Below are positions 17,603 to 27,326 of a DNA stretch of 52,751 bases, piece after piece (within the stretch, counting starts at the first letter, position 1; every line of letters starts with the position of its first letter). The stretch comes from Gammaproteobacteria bacterium (lineage in GTDB: Bacteria > Pseudomonadota > Gammaproteobacteria > Arenicellales > UBA868). Made by a program: the position numbers and the translations under genes. The notes below the pieces were generated by a model that did not search any database, had not been told where the DNA came from, and saw only the letters and a program-made list of their open reading frames with translations. Location of the stretch: positions 1-52,751 of the forward strand of contig WTHR01000187.1 in NCBI GenBank assembly GCA_011523045.1, in the 5' to 3' direction.

Positions 17603-19606
17603 ATGAGTGATGATGTCCTTGTTGTATTTACGCCCTCGGGCAAGCGCGGTCGCGTAGCGCAGGGTACGACTGTGTTGCAGGCCGCCCGCGAGCTGGGCGT
17701 TGATCTGGATTCGGTGTGCGGCGGTAGGGCAATCTGTGGTCGCTGCCAGGTCACGCTAAGTGAAGGCGCTTTCCCCAAGCACGGCATCGAGTCTAGGGCG
17801 GACCATCTGTCAGATCTTGGGGATAATGAGATCGCCTATGATGAAGTCGAGGGACTCGCTGAGGGGCGTCGATTGGGTTGTTCTGCCCGATTGCTGAACG
17901 ATGCGGTTATCGATGTGCCCCCGGAGAGCCAAGTCCACAGGCAGGTTGTTCGCAAAAGAACGGAAGTGCACGACCTGTCGGTTAATCCGCTGGTCAGACT
18001 GCATGTCGTCGAGGTGTCCGAGCCAAGCATGCATGAGCCGGTATCTGATTTGCGTCGGGTGCTCGAAGAATTGGAGTTTGAATGGGGCCTCACTGAGCTT
18101 GAATGTGACCCGCACGTATTGATGGCGCTCCAGGGCGCGCTTCGTGACGGGCAGTGGCAGGTCACCGTTGCGGTCTTCCGGGAGCGGGAAATTGTGGCCA
18201 TCTGGCCGGGTTATCACGAAACCGTGTTGGGCATGGCCTTCGACATCGGGTCTACCACCATCGCCGCCCACCTCGTGGATCTGGCAAGCGGCGAAGCGTT
18301 GGCATCGGCAGGAAGAATGAATCCTCAAATCCGCTTCGGTGAGGATCTCATGAGTCGGGTGTCTTACGTGATGATGCACCCAGGAGCCGAGCATCAGATG
18401 TGTGAGGCGGTGAGGACGGCCGTGGCAGAACTCATCGTAGAGGTTTGTGCGGAGGCGGATCAGAAAACGGACAACATTCTGGATTGCACCTTTGTCGGCA
18501 ATCCGATCATGCACCATCTGTTGTTAGGATTGTCTCCGGTGGAATTGGGGGGCGCACCATTCGCGCTGGCTACCGATAGTGCAGTCACGGTGAGTGCTCA
18601 AAGTCTGGGCCTTGGCATCAATCCGGGCGCACGATGTTATGTTCTGCCTTGTATCGCGGGCCATGTCGGGGCCGACTGCGCCGCTGTTGTGTTGTCCGAG
18701 GCACCTTATCTCCGTGAGGAATTGACCCTGCTCGTGGATGTTGGAACGAATGCAGAGATTGTGCTGGGCAACCGGCATCGACTTCTGGCAGCGAGCAGTC
18801 CTACGGGCCCCGCTTTTGAGGGTGCGCAGATCAGTTCCGGACAGCGTGCTGCGCCAGGAGCCATCGAGCGGGTAAGAATCGATCCACAGACCCTTGAGCC
18901 CCGATTCAGAGTGATTGGTTGTGAGCTGTGGTCGGACCATCCTGATTTCGCCGAACAGACAGCTGATCTTGGCATTACCGGTATCTGTGGCTCAGGGATT
19001 ATCGAAGTTCTGGCAGAGCTCTATCTCGCACAGGTGATCAATAGTGATGGCGTGGTCGATGGGACGCTTTCGAGCCGCTCAGAGCGAATCGTGGAAGACG
19101 GGCGAACGTTCGCCTATGTTCTGCATGAGGGGGACATTCGCATCGCGATTACACAGAACGACGTTCGGGCGATTCAATTGGCAAAAGCGGCGTTGTATGC
19201 CGGTGTGCGTCTGTTGATGGATAAGCTGAATGTAGATACGGTGGATCGGATTCGGCTTGCTGGTGCATTTGGATCACATATTGATGTGAAATACGCGATG
19301 ATCTTGGGACTAATCCCTGACTGCGCTCTTGAGAATGTGACTTCTGCCGGCAATGCCGCGGGCAGCGGGGCTCACATTGCATTGGTAGACGCAAACGCGC
19401 GCGAGGAGATTGAGAGGGAAATTCGCCGCATCGAAAAAGTGGAAACGGCGGTGGAAAGCCGGTTCCAGGAGCACTTTGTTGAGGCGATGGCGATTCCTCA
19501 CAAGAGTGCACCGTTTGAGGAGCTGGGCAAAGCCGTGGTTTTGCCTGTTCGTGATAATGCTGCTTCACAAGCCCCAGCGTCTGGACGTCGACGTCGCCGC
19601 CGGTGA
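17603..19606 (+). CDS. ATP-dependent reductive activator of corrinoid proteins (RACE/RamA-like; 2Fe-2S + ASKHA/DUF4445)
   Basis: N-terminal CGGRAICGRC...RLGC 2Fe-2S domain; DIGSTT, DVGTNAE, GPAFEG, GICGSG, LAGAFG, GNAAG. Confidence 0.93.
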   Translation: MSDDVLVVFTPSGKRGRVAQGTTVLQAARELGVDLDSVCGGRAICGRCQVTLSEGAFPKHGIESRADHLSDLGDNEIAYDEVEGLAEGRRLGCSARLLNDAVIDVPPESQVHRQVVRKRTEVHDLSVNPLVRLHVVEVSEPSMHEPVSDLRRVLEELEFEWGLTELECDPHVLMALQGALRDGQWQVTVAVFREREIVAIWPGYHETVLGMAFDIGSTTIAAHLVDLASGEALASAGRMNPQIRFGEDLMSRVSYVMMHPGAEHQMCEAVRTAVAELIVEVCAEADQKTDNILDCTFVGNPIMHHLLLGLSPVELGGAPFALATDSAVTVSAQSLGLGINPGARCYVLPCIAGHVGADCAAVVLSEAPYLREELTLLVDVGTNAEIVLGNRHRLLAASSPTGPAFEGAQISSGQRAAPGAIERVRIDPQTLEPRFRVIGCELWSDHPDFAEQTADLGITGICGSGIIEVLAELYLAQVINSDGVVDGTLSSRSERIVEDGRTFAYVLHEGDIRIAITQNDVRAIQLAKAALYAGVRLLMDKLNVDTVDRIRLAGAFGSHIDVKYAMILGLIPDCALENVTSAGNAAGSGAHIALVDANAREEIEREIRRIEKVETAVESRFQEHFVEAMAIPHKSAPFEELGKAVVLPVRDNAASQAPASGRRRRRR

Positions 19607-20277
19607 CCCGCAATCTGAAATCCGTTAAGGAATCGCTTTCCCGCGTGGCGATGTTCCAGTCGCTGGGCGAGTCTGATCTGGAAGTGATGGCTGGCGTCGC
19701 TAGACAGATAACGGCTGAGCGCGGTGAGCTTATCGTGAGCCAGGGTTCAGACGGCGAAAGCCTCTATATCGTTGTCGACGGACAGATTCGCGTTTACGTT
19801 TCTGATGAAGCCGGCAAAGAGATGATTCTGGAACTCGAGGGACCTGGTGCGATTTTTGGGGAAATTGCAGTACTTGACGGTGAGCCCCGATCTGCGTCGG
19901 TGGCTGCAATGCAACGTACCGATCTCCTCATGATTGAAGGCCGTGAATTCCGTCGGCTGCTGGAGTCGCATGCGGAATTATCTCTTGGAGTGATTGCCGC
20001 ATTGGCGGGAATGATTCGTAAGTTAACCGATGCCACGCAGGGACTGGCCCTGCAGAGCGCCTATCGGCGCCTCGTCGCCCGTCTGTATGAGCGTGCGGTA
20101 GAGGAGGATGGGCAGACCGTGATCCCCGAAAGACTGACGCACCAGTTGTTGGCAGATATGATTGGTTGCTCCCGTGAGATGGTTAGTCGGATCATGAGTG
20201 ATCTCGCGAAAGGCGGGTATATTCGAACCGAGGGTAAGCGATGGATCATTGTGCGCAAGCTCCCCGCCGATTACTGA
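19603..20277 (+). CDS. Crp/Fnr family transcriptional regulator (Crp-like, no Fe-S Cys cluster)
   Basis: cNMP domain FGEIA...PRSASV; HTH LTHQLLADMIGCSREMVSR; GTGA overlap with the RACE gene. Confidence 0.92.
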   Translation: MTRNLKSVKESLSRVAMFQSLGESDLEVMAGVARQITAERGELIVSQGSDGESLYIVVDGQIRVYVSDEAGKEMILELEGPGAIFGEIAVLDGEPRSASVAAMQRTDLLMIEGREFRRLLESHAELSLGVIAALAGMIRKLTDATQGLALQSAYRRLVARLYERAVEEDGQTVIPERLTHQLLADMIGCSREMVSRIMSDLAKGGYIRTEGKRWIIVRKLPADY

Positions 20278-20333
20278 TTTATTGGGTGCTGGATCAAATT
20301 TTGGGTTTTACCACCCGGCGAGACGCCTAGAAC

Positions 20334-21158
20334 ATGAGAGGCTCCATCGAAAAAATGCGCACGAAGCTGCAGGCTCCGGTGCGCTATGAATTGCCCATTG
20401 GAGATGACGCAGTTGATATGAATGCGTTGATGGGTGAAACCGTCACACTGTCTTTCACGGGCAATATCTTTTGTGTTGCCTGCGGACGGAAAACCAAGAA
20501 GAGCTTCAATCAGGGACATTGCTTTCCTTGCCTGAAACGCCTCGCCTCCTGTGATCAGTGCATTGTCCGACCAGAGCTGTGTCATTACCACGAAGGGACT
20601 TGCCGTGAGCCACAGTGGGGAGAGTCACATTGCCTCAAACCGCATGTCGTGTATCTGGCAAACTCATCCGGGTTGAAAGTGGGTGTCACTCGGGCCAGCC
20701 AGATTCCCACCCGTTGGATCGATCAGGGTGCAAGTCAGGCCATTGCTGTTTTTGAGGTTAGCGAGAGGCGTATTGCCGGGTTGCTGGAGGCCACGCTTCG
20801 GCAGGTCGTCGCAGATCGAACCGATTGGCGTCGGATGCTGAAAGGCAGCCCCGAGGCTTTGGATATGGTTCGTGAGCGCGATAGGATATTGAATGAGGCG
20901 GCTGACCTGATCACACGCTTTCAGGGAAGTCCTGACTGGGCAGACACAAAGATCTCAGCGACTGACAGTGTCTGTGAGATTGGTTATCCGGTGAACACCT
21001 ATCCGGAAAAGGTTAAGGCGCATAACTTCGATAAGACCGAGACGGTTTCAGGAGTGCTTGAGGGAATCAAGGGGCAATACCTGATTCTGGATTCGGGCGT
21101 TCTCAACGTCCGAAAATTTTCCGGTTATGAATTGGAGCTGATTACAGATCCAGGATAG
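20334..21158 (+). CDS. DUF2797 domain protein (Cys-rich, unknown function)
   Basis: CVACGRKTKKSFNQGHCFPC, HVVYLANSSGLKVGVTR, TRWIDQGA, GIKGQYL. Confidence 0.85.
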   Translation: MRGSIEKMRTKLQAPVRYELPIGDDAVDMNALMGETVTLSFTGNIFCVACGRKTKKSFNQGHCFPCLKRLASCDQCIVRPELCHYHEGTCREPQWGESHCLKPHVVYLANSSGLKVGVTRASQIPTRWIDQGASQAIAVFEVSERRIAGLLEATLRQVVADRTDWRRMLKGSPEALDMVRERDRILNEAADLITRFQGSPDWADTKISATDSVCEIGYPVNTYPEKVKAHNFDKTETVSGVLEGIKGQYLILDSGVLNVRKFSGYELELITDPG

Positions 21159-21238
21159 AAGTCTGTCGCGCGCTTTTCCATAAAGCGTATGGCGGATCAT
21201 CGGTGGGGATGATTCTCGGGACACTATCGAAAATAAGC

Positions 21239-22483
21239 TTATTTGCCGGCCCGAACTGCATTGCGAAAGCCGACTCCCCAACGCCCAAGCATCACTTCGT
21301 TTCCTTGCGCGGGATGAGTCGGGATATTGAGAGACAACAGCAGAGATAAACCGGCCAATCCTGCCCCGACCAGAAACACGGCAGCGGGTGAGCTCAGCCA
21401 AAGCACCCCCAAGGCCGCCGGCAGCACCACCGCCGCGATGTGATTGATGGTAAACGAGACGCCCGCGCTGGAGGCAATATCAGCAGGATCAGCAATCTTT
21501 TGAAAGTAGGTCTTGATGGCGATAGCCAGTGCGAAAAAGAAGTGGTCAACGATATAAAGGCCGGCAGCCAGATGCGCGTTGTTGACGAAGGCGTAGGCAA
21601 CAAATACCCCGACCAGACCAATGTATTCAAAGATCAATGCCGTCCGCTCACCTACCTGGCCGATCACTCGACCGATGCGCGCCGCGAACAGCATGTTCAA
21701 TGCGGCATTCACCAGAAACAAAACCGAAATCGCAGCAACGCTGTAACCGAATTTTTCAACCATCAGGAATCCGGCAAAGACGATAAAGATTTGGCGGCGC
21801 GCTCCAGAAAGAAACGTCAACGCATAGTAGAGCCAGTAGCGTTTGCGCAAGATCAGTTGCCGGCGTTGCCTCACTCGGATAGGAAATTGCGGAAAGCACA
21901 GCCACGCGGCAACTGCAATAGCGACCGTGATGCCGCCTCCCAGGATATAGACCGTGACGAAATCCAGTGACATCACATCGAAAGCGAGCCAGATTGCCGC
22001 GAACGCCACAATGGATGTGAAAGCACCTACCGCAATAATGCGCCCGAGCACTTCGGCCGTGCGCTCTGGTTCGACCCATTGAAGAGAAAGAGACGTTTGA
22101 ATGGTTTCAAAATAATGAAACCCGATCGACATCAGCACCGTGGTGAGATACAGGCCGATCACGCTCGGAAAGAAGCCGGTGAGTGCCGTGCCAACCCCGA
22201 GCAGGATCAGCGAGACCAGGGCAATCCGCTGCTCCCTTAGCAAAAAGAGCAGGAACACCACCGTGAAAGCCAAAAACCCCGGCACTTCCCGAAGACTTTG
22301 CAGGATACCGATTTCGGCACCGCTGAACGCTGCACGCTCTATTGCAAAGTTGTTCAATAGTGCCTGCCAGGTAGCAAAGCTCAAGGGAACCGCTCCCGCC
22401 ATGAGCAGCAGCAGAAACTCAGGTCGTGAACGGATCTTATGAATCAGGTCAGGCCTGGATTGGTCAGTCCGAAAAAAGCGCAT
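21239..22483 (-). CDS. MFS transporter
   Basis: About 12 hydrophobic segments; LQSLREVPGFLAF, GARRQIFIVFAGFL, FTINHIAAV. Confidence 0.85.
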   Translation of the reverse strand: MRFFRTDQSRPDLIHKIRSRPEFLLLLMAGAVPLSFATWQALLNNFAIERAAFSGAEIGILQSLREVPGFLAFTVVFLLFLLREQRIALVSLILLGVGTALTGFFPSVIGLYLTTVLMSIGFHYFETIQTSLSLQWVEPERTAEVLGRIIAVGAFTSIVAFAAIWLAFDVMSLDFVTVYILGGGITVAIAVAAWLCFPQFPIRVRQRRQLILRKRYWLYYALTFLSGARRQIFIVFAGFLMVEKFGYSVAAISVLFLVNAALNMLFAARIGRVIGQVGERTALIFEYIGLVGVFVAYAFVNNAHLAAGLYIVDHFFFALAIAIKTYFQKIADPADIASSAGVSFTINHIAAVVLPAALGVLWLSSPAAVFLVGAGLAGLSLLLSLNIPTHPAQGNEVMLGRWGVGFRNAVRAGK

Positions 22484-22588
22484 GATTTGCGGACGCTCGG
22501 GCCGTTGCGTACGTTGGCGCAGGTCTGATGTAGTGAAAAGTCAGGCTTAATGATACAGTGAAAGCGCGCTGACTAACTCTGTGACACT

Positions 22589-23380
22589 GTGGCTGAAACT
22601 CAAACTGATTCCCCGATCAAGGTCGGGTTGTTCGTAACCTGCCTTGCTGATCTGATGCGGCCACAGGTCGCGTTTGCGGCGGTGGCCCTGCTTGAGCGTG
22701 CGGGTTGCCGTGTTCGTGTACCGCGAGAGCAGAGTTGTTGCGGGCAACCGGCTTTGAATAGCGGAGATCGGGCCAGCACCATGAACATCGCCAAGGGTGT
22801 GATCCGGGCATTTTCGGGCGACGACTATGTGGTGGTGCCATCCGGATCATGTGCTGACACGCTCATCAATAAATATCCTGATCTTTTTCGCCACGACGTC
22901 AAATGGGCAGGACGTGCGCAGGATCTCGCAGACAAAACGTTCGAGCTGACCACGTTCCTGGTGGAGCAGCTGGGTGTTGAACTGGAGCAGGTCTCTTATC
23001 CAGGCGTGTGCGCCTACCATGACTCGTGCTCAGGCCTGCGTGAACTAGCGATCCATCAGCAGCCGCGAGCATTACTGCAGCAAGTCGAAGGGTTATCTCT
23101 CCGTGAATTGGACGACGGTAGTGCCTGCTGTGGTTTTGGCGGGCTTTTCAGCGTGAAGTATCCCGATCTGTCCGGGCGCATTGTCAGTGACAAATGTGAT
23201 CAGATCGCGCAGACCGAGGCAGATACTGTGCTCGGCGGGGATCTGGGATGCCTTTTGAATATTGCAGGCCGTCTGCGCCGAGAAGGGAGCGATCTGAAGG
23301 TCTTTCACGTGGCTGAAGTGCTTGCCGGCATGACCGATGGACCGGCAATTGGTGAAGCAGAATCGGAAGACACGGCATGA
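22589..23380 (+). CDS. lutA: L-lactate utilisation protein A (CCG-domain Fe-S protein, LutA/LldE)
   Basis: LFVTCLAD, QSCCGQP, SGSC, YHDSCSGLREL, CCGFGGLFSVK, DLGCL. Confidence 0.9.
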   Translation: MAETQTDSPIKVGLFVTCLADLMRPQVAFAAVALLERAGCRVRVPREQSCCGQPALNSGDRASTMNIAKGVIRAFSGDDYVVVPSGSCADTLINKYPDLFRHDVKWAGRAQDLADKTFELTTFLVEQLGVELEQVSYPGVCAYHDSCSGLRELAIHQQPRALLQQVEGLSLRELDDGSACCGFGGLFSVKYPDLSGRIVSDKCDQIAQTEADTVLGGDLGCLLNIAGRLRREGSDLKVFHVAEVLAGMTDGPAIGEAESEDTA

Positions 23381-24810
23381 GCGTTTCAACTGCATCGCAT
23401 CGAGTCGAATTTCAGGACCGCGCGAAACAGGCTTTGCAAGACGTCAGCCTGCAACGGGCGTTGGCCAAGGCTCGCGGCGGTTTTGTTGATCATCGCCAGG
23501 AGGCGATTGATGCATTGCCTGAGTTTGACGCAATTCGAGATGCAGCCCGGGATATCAAGAATCACGTGCTGGCCAACCTGGATGGCTACCTGGAATTGTA
23601 TGAGCAGCAGGTGATCGAGAATGGGGGACAAGTGCACTGGGCCCGCGATGCAGAAGAGGCCTGCCAGATCATAGCCGGAATCTGCAAGGACGCGCAGGCA
23701 AAAACCGTCACCAAGGGCAAGTCAATGGTGTCCGAGGAGATGCATCTCAACCCGGTGCTGGAGGCGGCCGGCATGACGGTCGTCGAAACCGATCTGGGTG
23801 AGTACATCGTGCAGTTAGCGGGGGAGACGCCCAGTCACATCATCGCGCCCGCAGTCCATAAAACCCGTGAGCAGATCACAGACCTCTTTCATGAGCACCA
23901 CAGTCCGCTTGGGTATACCGACCGGGTGACCCAACGCGAGGCTCTGGTTAACGAGGCAAGAAGTGTGCTTCGCGAACGTTTTGTTACCGCGGATGTAGGG
24001 ATTACGGGAGCAAACTTTCTGGTTGCAGAAACGGGCGCAAATGTCATCGTCACCAATGAAGGGAATGGAGATCTGACGAGTTGTCTGCCGCGTGTACACA
24101 TCGTGACTGCCGGGATCGAAAAGATCGTGCCTTCCCTGGACGATCTTGCCGTGCTCTTGCGGGTATTGGCCCGCAGCGCAACGGGGCAGGAGTTTTCCGC
24201 CTACACGTCGTTGTATTCGGGACCTCGTCGGCCAGGCGACATGGAGGGGCCTGAGGCATATCATGTGGTGCTGTTGGATAACGGCCGCTCGCGGCTGCTC
24301 GGAGGGCAATATCAGGCGATGTTGCGGTGTATCCGCTGTGGCGCCTGCCTCAATCACTGTCCAGTGTATGGCTCTATTGGGGGTCACGCGTACGGGTGGG
24401 TTTATTCCGGCCCGATGGGATCTGTGCTGACTCCGCTTTTGAATGGCTTTGATCAGTCATTGGATCTTCCCAATGCCTGCACATTGAACGGCAGATGCAA
24501 GGAAGTCTGTCCGGTGCGTATTCCACTCTCTGACCTGCTGCTGAAGCACCGAGTGGAGCAGCACGAACGTCGATTGAGCTCGGGTTTTGGTCGTTTCCTG
24601 CTGGGGGCATGGGCATGGCTCGCCTGCCGCCCCCGGTTGTATCAAGGAGTGATGGCGTTGCCCTTGAGGGTGATGCATATGCTCGGAAGGCGCCGGGGCG
24701 GCCTGACTTGGCTGCCCGGTGTCGGCGGCTGGACAGGCAGTCGGGATTTTCCTGCCCCGGCGCGGCGTTCCTTTATGCGACAGTGGCAAAGTCGAAAAGT
24801 CAGATCATGA
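23377..24810 (+). CDS. lutB: L-lactate utilisation Fe-S protein B (LutB/LldF)
   Basis: KGKSMVSEE, ETDLGEYIVQL, PSHIIAPAVH, NEGNG, CIRCGACLNHCPVY, C...CPVRI. Confidence 0.93.
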   Translation: MSVSTASHRVEFQDRAKQALQDVSLQRALAKARGGFVDHRQEAIDALPEFDAIRDAARDIKNHVLANLDGYLELYEQQVIENGGQVHWARDAEEACQIIAGICKDAQAKTVTKGKSMVSEEMHLNPVLEAAGMTVVETDLGEYIVQLAGETPSHIIAPAVHKTREQITDLFHEHHSPLGYTDRVTQREALVNEARSVLRERFVTADVGITGANFLVAETGANVIVTNEGNGDLTSCLPRVHIVTAGIEKIVPSLDDLAVLLRVLARSATGQEFSAYTSLYSGPRRPGDMEGPEAYHVVLLDNGRSRLLGGQYQAMLRCIRCGACLNHCPVYGSIGGHAYGWVYSGPMGSVLTPLLNGFDQSLDLPNACTLNGRCKEVCPVRIPLSDLLLKHRVEQHERRLSSGFGRFLLGAWAWLACRPRLYQGVMALPLRVMHMLGRRRGGLTWLPGVGGWTGSRDFPAPARRSFMRQWQSRKVRS

Positions 24811-25463
24811 ATCGGGCACGCGATCAGATACTGGGCACCATCAGAAAGTCTCTCGCCGACGGCGAACCCCGGACGACCGCGCGTCTGGAGGAGTTGAGAT
24901 CCCGTATTCAAAATAGTCGCCCGCAGGTGCAGCCTGAATTTGATGATGAGCTATTGGCTCGTTTCTGTCAGAAGCACGTAGCGGTTCACGGCACTTATGA
25001 GCGGATAAGCGCCAAAGATATTGAGTCTGCTGTCGTAAAGCATCTCGCCAGCATCGGATTGGACGCTCAGTGGCATCTTGGCAGCGGACCGGTGCTGGAT
25101 GCAACGCAATGGACCGATAAGGTGTTCGTTTATCGCAAAGGCGCTGATAGAGATACCAAGGCAGCCCTGAGTGAGGCGGTCGCCGCGGTCGCGGAGACCG
25201 GCACGCTGGTGATGTGTTCTGGGCCGACGGTGCCTCCCTCGCAGAACTATCTGCCAGATGATCATCTCGTTGTCGTGGACCGTCGCCGAATCGTGCGCCA
25301 CATGGAAGATGCTTGGGCAATCCTGCGAGAGTCAGGCGCGACCAGAGGCCGCGCCATCAACCTGATTACCGGACCCTCCAAAACGGGCGATATTGAGCAA
25401 ACCATTCAGTACGGCGCGCATGGACCACGTCGCTTGCATTTATTAATTGTTGAAGATGCCTGA
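24807..25463 (+). CDS. lutC: Lactate utilisation protein C (LUD domain, LutC/LldG)
   Basis: AVAETGTL, ITGPSKTGDIEQ...GAHGP. Start moved to ATG 24807 (ATGA overlap with lutB stop). Confidence 0.9.
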   Translation: MNRARDQILGTIRKSLADGEPRTTARLEELRSRIQNSRPQVQPEFDDELLARFCQKHVAVHGTYERISAKDIESAVVKHLASIGLDAQWHLGSGPVLDATQWTDKVFVYRKGADRDTKAALSEAVAAVAETGTLVMCSGPTVPPSQNYLPDDHLVVVDRRRIVRHMEDAWAILRESGATRGRAINLITGPSKTGDIEQTIQYGAHGPRRLHLLIVEDA

Positions 25464-25564
25464 GTCGGTGGTTTCTGTGATTGGCCAAAGGACTCGCTAT
25501 AATTGATGGAGCGGCGCTGCAAAGTCGGCGCGATCGCGACGGAATCTCCCCTCTAAAACTCACC

Positions 25565-26083
25565 ATGCAGCAAAGTTTTACAAACCAGGAATTGCTTGAC
25601 TGCGGTCACGGGCAGATGTTCGGCCCCGGGAACGCGCAACTTCCTCTGCCACCTATGCTGATGTTTGACCGTATCGTGCATATCAGTGACGAAGGCGGCG
25701 AATATGGAAAAGGGGAAATAGTCGCCGAGCTCGATCTGAATCCCGATCTGTGGTTTTTCCAATGCCACTTTGAGAATGACCCCGTCATGCCGGGTTGCCT
25801 GGGCGTGGATGCGCTTTGGCAGTTGGTGGGATTTTTTCTTGGGTGGAAGGGTGGTCAGGGACACGGCCGCGCTCTGGGGTCGGGAGAGATCCGTTTTACC
25901 GGACAGGTGACTCCGGACTGCCAGTTGGTCCGTTACCGCGTTTCCCTCAAGCGCGTCGTGATGCGACGACTCTACATGGGGATTGCCGACGGCACGGTTG
26001 AAGTCGATGACCGAACCATCTATACCGGCAAGGATCTTCGGGTGGGTCTTTTTACCTCTGACGAGGAAGGGGCGATTTCATGA
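25565..26083 (+). CDS. fabA: 3-hydroxydecanoyl-ACP dehydratase/isomerase
   Basis: [36 protein letters not shown]. Start moved to ATG 25565. Confidence 0.96.
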   Translation: MQQSFTNQELLDCGHGQMFGPGNAQLPLPPMLMFDRIVHISDEGGEYGKGEIVAELDLNPDLWFFQCHFENDPVMPGCLGVDALWQLVGFFLGWKGGQGHGRALGSGEIRFTGQVTPDCQLVRYRVSLKRVVMRRLYMGIADGTVEVDDRTIYTGKDLRVGLFTSDEEGAIS

Positions 26084-27297
26084 GGCGTGTGGTCGTTACG
26101 GGCATGGGCATCGTCAGCAGTATCGGCAGCAACTGTGCTGAAGTGGAAAGCGCTCTTCGCGAAACGCGGTCTGGGATTGTTGCCTCGGAAGAGTATCGCG
26201 AACTGGGATTCCGTTCGCAGGTGCATGGGAGCATTGATATCGATCTGGAAGCCGAGATCGACCGAAAACTAAGACGTTTTATGGGGGCTTCTGCCGCCTA
26301 TAACTACATCGCGATGCGTGAAGCGATTACCGCCTCTGGTCTTGGCGAGGCCAAGATTTCCAATCCCCGCACCGGACTCGTGGTTGGCAGTGGGGGCGGC
26401 TCTCCTGAAAACATCGTGGCAGCGGCAGATCTGCTTCGACAGAAGGGTGTGAAGCGTGTCGGGCCCTATATGGTGACCCGGACCATGGCCAGCACGAATT
26501 CAGCCTGTCTCAGCACAGCCTTTTCGATCAAGGGAGTGTCCTACTCAATCAGTTCAGCCTGCTCTACCAGTGCCCATTGCATAGGCCACGGGATGGAATT
26601 GATCCAGATGGGAAAGCAGGATGTCATATTCGCAGGGGGCGGGGAAGAACTGCACTGGAGCACGTCCGTGCTGTTCGATGCGATGGGTGCGATGTCGTCC
26701 AAATACAACGAAACGCCGCAGAGTGCCTCGCGGACCTACGATGCCAATCGCGATGGCTTTGTGATCTCTGGCGGAGGGGGAGTGTTGGTGCTGGAAGCGC
26801 TTGATCATGCTCTCGACCGGGGTGCGCCGATCCTTGCCGAACTGGTGGGTTATGGCGCGAGTAGTGATGGATTCGATATGGTGCAGCCCTCGGGCGAGGG
26901 GGCCATTCGCTGCATGCACCAGGCTCTTGAAGGGGTTTCAGGATCGATTGACTACGTTAATACCCACGGAACCAGTACACCGGTCGGGGATATTCAGGAA
27001 CTGGAGGCATTGCGGACGGTTTTTGGAGATGACGTGCCGGCGTTAAGTGCCACCAAGTCATTGACGGGGCATGCGCTGGGAGCGGCAGGCGTCAACGAGG
27101 CGATCTATTCCTTGATCATGCTGGGTGGGGGCTTTATGTCGGCTTCGGCAAATATTCAGGACCTTGACCCCAAAGCCCTGGGTTACCCGATTGTGCGGGC
27201 CACGACCGATGCGCCGAATCTCAACACGGTAATGTCCAACAGTTTTGGATTTGGCGGCACCAACGCAACGTTGGTTTTTCAGAAATTTACTGACTGA
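26080..27297 (+). CDS. fabB: 3-oxoacyl-ACP synthase I
   Basis: [10 protein letters not shown] (catalytic Cys), [23 protein letters not shown]; coupled to fabA. Confidence 0.96.
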   Translation: MRRVVVTGMGIVSSIGSNCAEVESALRETRSGIVASEEYRELGFRSQVHGSIDIDLEAEIDRKLRRFMGASAAYNYIAMREAITASGLGEAKISNPRTGLVVGSGGGSPENIVAAADLLRQKGVKRVGPYMVTRTMASTNSACLSTAFSIKGVSYSISSACSTSAHCIGHGMELIQMGKQDVIFAGGGEELHWSTSVLFDAMGAMSSKYNETPQSASRTYDANRDGFVISGGGGVLVLEALDHALDRGAPILAELVGYGASSDGFDMVQPSGEGAIRCMHQALEGVSGSIDYVNTHGTSTPVGDIQELEALRTVFGDDVPALSATKSLTGHALGAAGVNEAIYSLIMLGGGFMSASANIQDLDPKALGYPIVRATTDAPNLNTVMSNSFGFGGTNATLVFQKFTD

Positions 27298-27326
27298 GGG
27301 GGCTTTGGGGCGCGTAGTCGTTCGTT

